DNA of 64,000 nt from an uncultured Candidatus Peregrinibacteria bacterium. GTDB lineage: Bacteria; Patescibacteriota; Gracilibacteria; Peribacterales; Peribacteraceae. Below, in pieces: positions 44,701 through 52,949 of this stretch (within the stretch, counting starts at the first letter, position 1; every line of letters begins with the position of its first letter). The DNA is taken from contig CAINVY010000010.1 in NCBI GenBank assembly GCA_903854335.1, positions 69,060 to 133,059 on the forward strand. Direction: 5' to 3'. The position numbers and the translations under genes were made by a program. A model generated the notes under the pieces. It worked only from the letters and a program-made list of their open reading frames with translations. It was not told the origin of the DNA and ran no database searches.

Positions 44701-45452
44701 GTCCGTTTCTTGAGACCGGCGTACCGCCATGCCATCTCGAAGATCTGACGCTGTGTTTCGGCCACTTCCTTGCTCTCAATAATGACAGCGAACATGTCCT
44801 TCGACGAGCCAAAGGAGCAGATAGCCACGTTGTCATCGTAGACATTGATCTCGTTTCGGAAATCGAAGTCCTTCTCGGGCACGAGCCGAATCTCACGAAG
44901 CTTCTCGCGGTCTTCCCCGTGCACCCATCGACCCGCCTCGTCATCGGGAGCGATGCCGCGGAGGGGAATCTTATGCTTCACGCGCTCCGCGACATATTCC
45001 TCATCGTACTTGGGCCAGAAGCGTCGTACGACGGCCGAGTTTGCAAAGTTGATGATCTCCGTCTTCGCCGTGAGTGTGTGCTCGTACACATGACGAACGC
45101 CTTCCCACCCCTCGAAGAATCGCACGTTGGGCTTGCGTTCCTTCGCCTTCCGAAGCGAACGAAGTTCCGGCACAGTCCTCTCGAGCGTATCGACATTCTT
45201 GCGCGCTTCGAGCGCCAGGTATTCCGGCTCCACAGGCGCGTAGAACTTGCCGCGCACTTTCTTCACAACTGTGAAATGTCCTTTGCGTACCATGCTCTCA
45301 AGCGTGTTGTAAGACGTGATGCGGTTGAGACGGGAAGCCTTGGCATACTCGGAGGCCGGTGCAGAACCGACGTGGAGACCGCACAGATAGAGCTGCGCTT
45401 CCTTGTCATCGAGGCCGATGCTGCGGAGGACGGACAGGAGGTCTTTCGCCAT
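44697..45452 (-). CDS. TrmB-family transcriptional regulator
   Basis: LLSVLRSIGLDDKEAQLYLCGLHVGSAPASEYAKASRLNRITSYNTLESMVRKG is a winged-helix of TrmB type, followed by a C-terminal effector-like domain. Confidence 0.75.
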   Translation of the reverse strand: MAKDLLSVLRSIGLDDKEAQLYLCGLHVGSAPASEYAKASRLNRITSYNTLESMVRKGHFTVVKKVRGKFYAPVEPEYLALEARKNVDTLERTVPELRSLRKAKERKPNVRFFEGWEGVRHVYEHTLTAKTEIINFANSAVVRRFWPKYDEEYVAERVKHKIPLRGIAPDDEAGRWVHGEDREKLREIRLVPEKDFDFRNEINVYDDNVAICSFGSSKDMFAVIIESKEVAETQRQIFEMAWRYAGLKKRT

Positions 45453-45473
45453 GACGAAGGCATCATATCAAGT

Positions 45474-45490
45474 TGTTATTATTTTTTACA
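45474..45490. promoter_or_regulatory. 17-bp palindromic operator candidate matching TGTNA-N7-TNACA
   Basis: TGTTA TTATTTT TTACA at 45474-45490, in the divergent intergenic region. It lies 21 nt from the trmB-like start and 183 nt from the glnA ATG. Confidence 0.35.
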
Positions 45491-45673
45491 ACAGAATATT
45501 TTCCGAGGGAAAAACGCCAAACACTGTTTTGGTCAGATGGGCCTTCGTGAAGATTAAAAGTCCAAAGACTGTTCAGCCGTCCTACAGGAGAACAATGGAA
45601 AAGTGCCAGGATTCGGTCCTTGCAAAGCGATTTTCGCGGAGTACAAACGACACATTCTTTCCTCCCCACATTC

Positions 45674-47167
45674 ATGAATCCCGTGAGTCCCGCCCCGCTC
45701 GATCTCCATGCCGAGTTGCTCAGACCAGTATTCGATGGACCGGATCTGTCGTTCACTCCGGCCCTCTCCTCTGCCGACGATGTCCTAAACTTCGCGAAAG
45801 CGATGCAAGCGACCATGGTGGATTTCACGTTCGTGGATGTCCCCGGGACACTCCAGCACACCAGCAAGCCCGTCCATGAGCTCGCGGATGTGCTGACGGG
45901 CGGTGCGGGCTTCGACGGAAGCAGTATCCGCGGCTTCAAGGAAATCCAGGAATCCGACATGCTGCTGCGCCCGGAACCGAAGACCGCCATCCTCGACGGT
46001 TTCGCATCCGAACCGACCGTCGCCCTGCTCTGTGACGTCACCGATCCTCTCTCGGGCAATCTCTACGATCACTCTCCGCGAACGATCGCCAAACGCGCCG
46101 TCGCCCACCTGGAGAAGAGTGGAATCGCCGATACTGCATACTTCGGTCCGGAGGCGGAGTTCTTCATCTTCGACTCGGTGAGCTACAAGCATGGCAGCAA
46201 CCATGCCTCCTACGTCGTCGATTCCGAAGAGGGCATCTGGAACTCGGGGACGGAGCGCAGCCTCGGCTACAAGATCCGTCATAAGGAGGGATACTTCCCG
46301 ACGTCACCGATGGACACGCAGCAGGATATCCGCGCGGACATGGTGCGCGAAATGGAGCGAGCAGGCATCAAGATTGAGACGCATCACCATGAGGTGGCAA
46401 CGGCAGGACAGGCGGAAATCGACATGGAACGCGATGAAATGCTGACCATGGCGGACAAGCTCATTCGCTACAAGTACATCGTCCGCAACGTCGCGCGCAG
46501 ACATGGGAAGACGGCGACCTTTATGCCAAAGCCGCTCTGGGGAGACAACGGATCGGGCATGCACGTGCACCAGAGCCTCTGGAAAGAAGGCAAGCCGCTC
46601 TTCGCCGGAAAAAGCTACGCCGGATTGAGCGACATGGCTCTGCACTACGTCGGGGGGCTCCTCAAGCACGCTCCGGCGCTCGCCGCGATCTGCAACCCGA
46701 CGACGAACAGCTACAAACGGCTCGTGCCGGGATTCGAAGCGCCGGTAAATCTCATCTACTCGGCTCGCAACCGCTCGGCGGCAATCCGCATCCCGATGTA
46801 CTCGCAAAATCCGAAAGCGAAACGCATCGAATTCCGGATGCCCGACCCCGTCTGCAATCCGTACCTCGCCTTCGCGGCACTCCTTTTGGCCGGCATGGAC
46901 GGCATAGAGAAGGGCATCTCACCGGGAAAGCACACGGACGGAAACCTGTACCACATGACTGCCGACGAACTCGCGGCGATCGCTCACGCTCCCGGATCTC
47001 TGGGCGAAGCATTGGATGCGCTCGAAAAGGATCATGATTTCCTCACGGCAAGCGGCGTCTTCTCCGAGGAGTTCATCGCTTCCTTCATCGAGGGAAAGCG
47101 CGCGGAAGTTGCGGAGGAGTCCATGCGTCCAACACCGTCGGAATTCTTTCGATACTTCGATTTGTAA
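45674..47167 (+). CDS. glnA: glutamine synthetase, type I
   Basis: DGSSIRGF, FGPEAEFFIFD, HHEVATAGQAEID, KPLWGDNGSGMHVHQSLW, NSYKRLVPGFEAPV, SARNRSAAIRIP. ATG 45674 within ORF 45620..47167. Confidence 0.95.
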   Translation: MNPVSPAPLDLHAELLRPVFDGPDLSFTPALSSADDVLNFAKAMQATMVDFTFVDVPGTLQHTSKPVHELADVLTGGAGFDGSSIRGFKEIQESDMLLRPEPKTAILDGFASEPTVALLCDVTDPLSGNLYDHSPRTIAKRAVAHLEKSGIADTAYFGPEAEFFIFDSVSYKHGSNHASYVVDSEEGIWNSGTERSLGYKIRHKEGYFPTSPMDTQQDIRADMVREMERAGIKIETHHHEVATAGQAEIDMERDEMLTMADKLIRYKYIVRNVARRHGKTATFMPKPLWGDNGSGMHVHQSLWKEGKPLFAGKSYAGLSDMALHYVGGLLKHAPALAAICNPTTNSYKRLVPGFEAPVNLIYSARNRSAAIRIPMYSQNPKAKRIEFRMPDPVCNPYLAFAALLLAGMDGIEKGISPGKHTDGNLYHMTADELAAIAHAPGSLGEALDALEKDHDFLTASGVFSEEFIASFIEGKRAEVAEESMRPTPSEFFRYFDL

Positions 47168-47197
47168 TCTACTTTACTTTTTCCACTCCTCTTCCCC

Positions 47198-48631
47198 ATG
47201 CCGCTCACGCTCGATCTCCTGAAATCGAACCTCGACACCGTCTGGGTGCTCTTCACCGGTTGCCTCGTATTCTTCATGTGCGCGGGCTTCGCTCTTCTCG
47301 AAACCGGCTTCAGCCGCGCGAAGAACGCCGTGAATGTGCTCGCGATGAACTACGCCGTAGTCGCGGTGTCGACACTTGCCTTCTGGGCGGCGGGATTCGG
47401 GTTGATGTTCGGCAACGGAACGCCATTCGTCGGATTGAACGGACTGTTCCCGACATTCGTCGGCGCGTCTCCGTTCTTCAAATCCCTTGAGTGGGCGAGC
47501 GTGCCGCTTGCGGCGAAGTTCTTCTTTGAGCTCGTCTTCGCCGACACCGCCATCACGATCGTCTCCGGCATCGTCGTTGAGCGCATGAAATTCTCCGCCT
47601 ACATGCTCTTCTCGATCCTCATGGTGCTCTTCCTCTATCCCGTAACGGGGCACTGGGCGTGGGGCGGAGGCTTCCTCTCGACCCTCGCCATCCCCTTCCA
47701 GGATTTCGCGGGATCGACGGTCGTCCACAGCGTCGGCGGATGGGCGGCGCTCACGGGTGCAATTCTGCTCGGAGCAAGAAAAGGAAAGTACGATGAACAG
47801 GGAAAGCCCGTCACGATCACCGGCCACAACATGTCACTCGCAACCCTCGGCACGCTCATCCTGTGGCTCGGCTGGTTCGGCTTCAATCCCGGAAGCACCC
47901 TGGCAGCGGATGGCGGGGCCATCGCGCACATCACGATGACGACCATGATCGCGGGATCGGCGGGGTTGGCATCGGCACTCATCCTCTCCCTTCTCCGCAC
48001 GAAGAAAACGGACATCGGCGCGATCCTCAACGGCACGCTCGCCGGACTCGTCGCCATCACGGCCGGATGCAACGCCGTCTCGCCGACCGGCGCCCTGCTC
48101 ATCGGTGTCATCGCCGGCGCGCTCTGCACGTTCTCCGGCCCGATCATCGAGCGTCTCCACGTCGACGATCCCGTCGGCGCGCTCTCCGTGCACTTGGTGA
48201 ACGGCATATGGGGAACGCTCGCCGTCGGCATCTTCGCAACAAAGGCGGGATCGGTGGGAACGCTCAATGGCCTCCTCTACGGAGGAGGCACGGGATTGCT
48301 GTGGAGCCAGCTGATCGGTGTCGCCGCCATCGGTGCCTTCACGGTCGTCGGCTCCTCGATCTGCTGGCTGATCGTGAAGGCGCTCGTGGGACTACGCGTG
48401 AGTGAGGCATCGGAAGTGCAAGGCGTGGATATCGGCGAACACGGAAACCTCGCCTACCCGCAAGAGACGCATCCTTCTTCGGTCGGCACCACCGTATCGA
48501 TTCCCGTTCCCGCCACACTCGTCCTCAATCCGATCCTCGTGCGAAGCGGAAGCAATCAGTGGCATTTCTCGGAGAGATCTCGATATCCCCGAAGGAGGGA
48601 AGAAGGACAATGGCGCTCGAACACGCATTGA
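47198..48631 (+). CDS. amt: ammonium transporter (Amt family)
   Basis: FMCAGFALLETGFSRAKN, DFAGSTVVHSVGGWAALTGAILLGAR, GWFGFNPGS, HLVNGIWGTLAVGIF. An Arg-rich C-terminal tail overlaps nth by 76 nt (convergent). Confidence 0.9.
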   Translation: MPLTLDLLKSNLDTVWVLFTGCLVFFMCAGFALLETGFSRAKNAVNVLAMNYAVVAVSTLAFWAAGFGLMFGNGTPFVGLNGLFPTFVGASPFFKSLEWASVPLAAKFFFELVFADTAITIVSGIVVERMKFSAYMLFSILMVLFLYPVTGHWAWGGGFLSTLAIPFQDFAGSTVVHSVGGWAALTGAILLGARKGKYDEQGKPVTITGHNMSLATLGTLILWLGWFGFNPGSTLAADGGAIAHITMTTMIAGSAGLASALILSLLRTKKTDIGAILNGTLAGLVAITAGCNAVSPTGALLIGVIAGALCTFSGPIIERLHVDDPVGALSVHLVNGIWGTLAVGIFATKAGSVGTLNGLLYGGGTGLLWSQLIGVAAIGAFTVVGSSICWLIVKALVGLRVSEASEVQGVDIGEHGNLAYPQETHPSSVGTTVSIPVPATLVLNPILVRSGSNQWHFSERSRYPRRREEGQWRSNTH

Positions 48632-49224
48632 TCGCACTTGCGATTCCTCGATGTGCAGACAGCGCGACCGTGACTGATGAGAAGCGCATTGATCCTTCCC
48701 CATTTCGCCCGCGGCACCTGCTCCTGCAGGTCGAGCGCGATCTTGTCCGCCGTAGACTTCTTCGTGAGCCCCAGCCGTAGGGCAAGCCGCTGCACGTGCG
48801 TATCCACCGCAACGCCCTCGTTCTTCCCGAAGGCTCCATAGAGCACGATCGCCGCCGTCTTGCGACCGACGCCCGGCAACGCCGTCAATTCCTCCATCGT
48901 CTGCGGCACTTCACCATCGAATTTTTCCACAAGAAGTTTACAGAGCGCTCGAATGTTCTTCGCCTTCATCCGGAAGGTACCGCAGGAATGAATTGCTTTC
49001 TCAAGATCGCGTTGAGATGTCTGCGCAAACGATTTCGCTGATCGATGCGCGGCGAAGAGAGAAGGCGTAACACGATTGACCTGCGCGTCGGTGCAACGCG
49101 CGGAGAGGACCGTGGCAATCAGCAGCTCGAGGGGTGTTGTGAATTGCAGAAAGGAGCGCGGCGGATCATAGAGTTCTTCGAGCATCCTGAGCACCTGCGC
49201 CGTGGGAACGCCTTTTCGTGGCAT
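48556..49224 (-). CDS. nth: endonuclease III
   Basis: ATG 49224 (MPRKGVPTAQ). LELLIATVLSARCTDAQVN. HhH-GPD LTALPGVGRKTAAIVL...VDTHVQR. Fe-S Cys cluster CTSRNRKCDQCVFERHC. The N-terminal 164 codons of the track ORF were rejected. Confidence 0.9.
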   Translation of the reverse strand: MPRKGVPTAQVLRMLEELYDPPRSFLQFTTPLELLIATVLSARCTDAQVNRVTPSLFAAHRSAKSFAQTSQRDLEKAIHSCGTFRMKAKNIRALCKLLVEKFDGEVPQTMEELTALPGVGRKTAAIVLYGAFGKNEGVAVDTHVQRLALRLGLTKKSTADKIALDLQEQVPRAKWGRINALLISHGRAVCTSRNRKCDQCVFERHCPSSLLRGYRDLSEKCH

Positions 49225-49308
49225 GGATGCAGTGTACGTCATCCTGACAGAGGGATGACAAGCAAACTCTCTCGCAGAGATCTCTTGCTGCGCTATAGTG
49301 TCCTCCCC

Positions 49309-49890
49309 ATGACGCCGATCCCACCTCTGACCGTTTTTGATTTGGAGACGACAGGTCTCGACCCAAACAAGGGACATCGCATCATCGAAATCGCCGGCGT
49401 GCGCGTGGAAAACGGGACCATCTTGGAAGAGGCGGGCTTCGCCATGTTCGTGAACCCCAATCGGGACATCCCCGCCGAAGCGAGACAAATCAATAAAATC
49501 AGCGATGAAGACGTGCGAGACGCGCCGACCATCGAAGCCGTTCTCCCCCAATTTCTCGCATTCACGCAGGGGACGATTCTCCTCGCGCACAACGCAGCGT
49601 TCGATTTGGGATTCCTGGAGACGGAGAAGGAATACTGCTGGGGATACCTCGATCTGCCGGAAGTGCTGTGCACCATGCGTCTCAGCCAAAATCTGTATCC
49701 GCGGGAATTCCGCCACAATCTTGACGTCCTCTCACGAAGATTCAGTCTGACAATGCCGAAACTGCGTCACCGCGCGCTCGCGGACGCCGTGCTCGCGGCA
49801 CAGGCGCTCCAGAAAATGCTGCAGGAAGGAAACATCGATTCCCTGGAGAAACTGCGTAAACTCGCAAGCATTCGACAGCTCGTCGCGTGA
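49309..49890 (+). CDS. DnaQ-like 3'-5' exonuclease (DEDD family)
   Basis: Exo I VFDLETTGL. Exo II LLAHNAAFDLGFL. Exo III HRALADAVLAAQAL. Alternative start ATG 49255. Confidence 0.85.
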   Translation: MTPIPPLTVFDLETTGLDPNKGHRIIEIAGVRVENGTILEEAGFAMFVNPNRDIPAEARQINKISDEDVRDAPTIEAVLPQFLAFTQGTILLAHNAAFDLGFLETEKEYCWGYLDLPEVLCTMRLSQNLYPREFRHNLDVLSRRFSLTMPKLRHRALADAVLAAQALQKMLQEGNIDSLEKLRKLASIRQLVA

Positions 49891-49956
49891 TGTAACACTG
49901 TTATTTCTCCGTCACAGAACAAAAAAACACATCAGCCGGAGCCGCGCTACGTGGAG

Positions 49957-50212
49957 CAACGTGTCATGGTGAGGTGCGAGCGGCTAAGCCTTCGTGGCTT
50001 TTTGCTGCGCAAAAAGCACCTCAGGCTGACACGGGATGGAACAAAAGGAGGAAGCGAGCCACGAACCATCACGTTGCGTCTCGTGTGTCGCCCTTCGCCA
50101 CGGCGTTCTCGAACGCCGTGGCTTCGTGACGATTTCGCTTCGCGAAATCCCTCAGGGTGACACCCTTACCTTCCTTCCGCCTTTCTTTACTTGCCCTGAG
50201 GAAGAAAGGCGG
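49957..50212 (+). repeat. structured repeat element, long copy (multi-helix core plus hairpin module)
   Basis: Core 50060-50165 is 99/106 identical to 56523-56628. The 5' arm caacgtgtcatggtgagg (49957-49974) is identical to 56486-56503. An 85-nt insert replaces a 19-nt hairpin. An 11-bp-stem hairpin at 50177-50212 is homologous to 12377-12410. Confidence 0.85.
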
Positions 50213-50314
50213 CAACCCTTGCCCTGACAGAAAGGAAATTTCGGACTGAGATTAAGGCACTTCTTTCCCTTTACAATCGTGACGAACAAAGAAAAACAAG
50301 TACAATAGCCTCCA

Positions 50315-50800
50315 ATGGCGGTTCTAAGGATTCTTACCGGCGACGACAACCCGATTCTCCGCGCTCGCGCGAAACCGGTGGAGCGGGTGACGAAGGATGT
50401 GCAGAAGTTGCTGCGTGACATGCGCGAGACGATGGATCATGCGAAGGGGGTCGGCCTCGCGGCTCCGCAGATCGGCGTCAGCTTTCGGATCTGCATCGCC
50501 ACGATCGACGGAAAACCAACACCGCTCATCAATCCGAAAATCCTCTCGAAGAGCAAGGAATCCGTCATCTGCGAGGAAGGGTGCTTGAGCCTTCCGGAAT
50601 CCTGGACGCCCGTCCCACGAGCGAAGGGGATCGCCATTTCCTATCTCGATGCGAAGGGAAAGAAGAAGGAACGCCAGCTGTCGGATTTCAACGCCCGTGT
50701 CGTGCAGCACGAGCTCGATCACCTCGACGGAAAACTCATCGTGGACTACGCCGAAAGCGTTCTGCGTGTCGCAAGAAAGAAGGATACGGTGACAATTTGA
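50315..50800 (+). CDS. def: peptide deformylase
   Basis: GVGLAAPQIG, EEGCLSLP, QHELDHLDG. Confidence 0.95.
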   Translation: MAVLRILTGDDNPILRARAKPVERVTKDVQKLLRDMRETMDHAKGVGLAAPQIGVSFRICIATIDGKPTPLINPKILSKSKESVICEEGCLSLPESWTPVPRAKGIAISYLDAKGKKKERQLSDFNARVVQHELDHLDGKLIVDYAESVLRVARKKDTVTI

Positions 50801-50839
50801 CGTTTGCTTCCCTCTGCCGACGCCCGCTACCCTCTCCCC

Positions 50840-52264
50840 ATGCCCAAACTGGAAGCGATTATTGGCCTGGAAGTCCACGCGCAGATGAACACGAAGACGA
50901 AGATGTTCTGCGGATGCGACAATGACGCGTTTCAGAAGGAGGCGAATACGACCGTGTGCCCGATTTGCATGGGTCATCCCGGCACCCTGCCTGTTCCCAA
51001 TGCAGAGGCGATCTTAAAGGCGATTTCCGCCTCTCTGGCGATCGGTTGCCACATCAATCCTCAGAGCCACTTCGACCGCAAGCACTACTTCTACCCCGAC
51101 CTCCCCGCGGGCTACCAAATCTCCCAGTACGACTTCCCGCTCGCATCGAAGGGGTGCGTGACATACCAGATGGAGGGCGAAGAGAAAACCTGCGACATCA
51201 CGCGCCTCCACATGGAGAATGACGCCGGCAAGCTCTCGCACGCCGGAGCCGTCACGCTCTGCGACTACAATCGCGCCGGGACGCCGCTCGTGGAAATCGT
51301 CACCGAACCGGATCTGCGAAGCGCGGAGGAGGCCGTAGCATTCGTCGAGGAACTTCGCCGCATCCTGATTGCCGTCGGTGCGAGCGACGCGGATATGTTC
51401 AAGGGCATGATGCGCTTCGATGCGTCGATCTCGCTTCGGGAAAAGGGATCGAAGACGCTCAATCCGCGCAGTGAGATCAAGAATTTGAATTCCTTCCGCG
51501 CCCTCGAACGCGCCCTCACCTTCGAAGAGCAGCGACTGCGCGATCTGTGGACGGAATCGGGTGGGCCGCTGAAAGGGAATATCACCGTCGGCTGGATGGA
51601 CGACGAAGGCCGCACGAGAATGCTGCGCGACAAGGAAAATGCCGACGACTACCGCTACTTCCCCGAGCCGGACATTCCCCCGATGTCCTTCTCCAAAGAA
51701 ATGGTCGAAAAGATTCGCGCGTCTCTGCCCGAGCTTCCGTCGAAATTAAAGGAGAAATATCTCGCGTTCGGGCTTTCCCCGGCGGAGGCACTCATGCTCG
51801 TGGAACAGGCGGCTCTGCGCGACCGATTCGACGCGCTGGCAAAGAAAGGAGACGCGAAGCGCGCCGCGAGCCTCGTGCTCACACAGCTTCAGGGCTTCCT
51901 CAAGGCGGAAGGGAAGGACATCGCGGATGCACCGTCGACGGAGCACCTGCTCGAGCTGACGGCCGCCGTGGATGAGGGAACAATCTCCGCGAACGCCGCC
52001 AAAGACGTGCTCGAGAAGATGGTGAAGACCGGGAAATCCGCGACGGAGATCATCGAAGCGGAGGGGATGAAACAAATTTCGGATACGGGCGCGCTCGATA
52101 CACTTGTCGATAAAGCTATCGCAGCAAATCCCAAAGCAATCGAATCCTACAAATCCGGAAAGATTGCGGCACTCGGCGCGATCGTCGGGTGGGTGATGAA
52201 AGAAACGAAGGGGCAGGCAAATCCGGCCATCGTCAATGAGATCTTGATGAAGAAGATTTCCTGA
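50840..52264 (+). CDS. gatB: Asp-tRNA(Asn)/Glu-tRNA(Gln) amidotransferase subunit B
   Basis: IGLEVHAQMNTKTKMFCGC, CPICMGHPGTLP, FDRKHYFYPDLPAGYQISQ, HMENDAGK, DYNRAGTPLVEIV. ATG 50840. Confidence 0.95.
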   Translation: MPKLEAIIGLEVHAQMNTKTKMFCGCDNDAFQKEANTTVCPICMGHPGTLPVPNAEAILKAISASLAIGCHINPQSHFDRKHYFYPDLPAGYQISQYDFPLASKGCVTYQMEGEEKTCDITRLHMENDAGKLSHAGAVTLCDYNRAGTPLVEIVTEPDLRSAEEAVAFVEELRRILIAVGASDADMFKGMMRFDASISLREKGSKTLNPRSEIKNLNSFRALERALTFEEQRLRDLWTESGGPLKGNITVGWMDDEGRTRMLRDKENADDYRYFPEPDIPPMSFSKEMVEKIRASLPELPSKLKEKYLAFGLSPAEALMLVEQAALRDRFDALAKKGDAKRAASLVLTQLQGFLKAEGKDIADAPSTEHLLELTAAVDEGTISANAAKDVLEKMVKTGKSATEIIEAEGMKQISDTGALDTLVDKAIAANPKAIESYKSGKIAALGAIVGWVMKETKGQANPAIVNEILMKKIS

Positions 52265-52268
52265 GGCG

Positions 52269-52835
52269 TCAGCTGTTCACACGTTCCATGTACGCCCCCG
52301 TCTCCGTATTCACCCGGATCTTCTCGCCTTCGTTGATGAAGAGCGGAACCGTCACGGCGAGGCCCGTATCCATCGTGGCCGGTTTTCCGCCGCCCGTAGC
52401 GGTATCTCCGCGTACGCCCGGGATGGTTTCCTTGACCGTCAGTACGACCGTCGACGGCAGCTTGATGCCGATCGGATTGCCGTCGTAGAGCAGCGCATCC
52501 ACCTCCAGCCCCTCACTCAGATACTGCTGCATATCCTCGAGCACGTCCGCCGTGAGCTCGAACTGATCGTAGTTCTCGAGATCCATAAACGTGTATCCCT
52601 GCGTGCCACCGCCATAGAGAAATTGCACGCGGCGAAAACCGACGTCCGCCTCCTCGATCTTCTCACTCCCCTGGAAATTGCGCGCGACGACTGCGCCCGT
52701 CTTGAGATTCTTCAACTTGCACTGCATGTTCGCCTTGCTCTGGCTCTTGCGTCCGAACTGCGAGGAAACGACAAGGTAGGGTTGTCCGTCGAGAGTGACG
52801 GCGCGGCCAGGTTTGAGATCGGTGATCGTGTACAT
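52269..52835 (-). CDS. efp: elongation factor P
   Basis: 188 aa. DLKPGRAVTLDGQPYLVV, KLKNLKTGA, TVKETIPGVRGDTATGGGKPATMDTG. Confidence 0.95.
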   Translation of the reverse strand: MYTITDLKPGRAVTLDGQPYLVVSSQFGRKSQSKANMQCKLKNLKTGAVVARNFQGSEKIEEADVGFRRVQFLYGGGTQGYTFMDLENYDQFELTADVLEDMQQYLSEGLEVDALLYDGNPIGIKLPSTVVLTVKETIPGVRGDTATGGGKPATMDTGLAVTVPLFINEGEKIRVNTETGAYMERVNS

Positions 52836-52949
52836 GGGCGAAAAGTGTGCAGGGGGAAAAGTATTACGTCAACAGATGATGAGGGATGAAGTGAGCAGTG
52901 GTTTATTATTGCCCACTGTTCATTGATACCTTATCAATTTTCACTTCAC

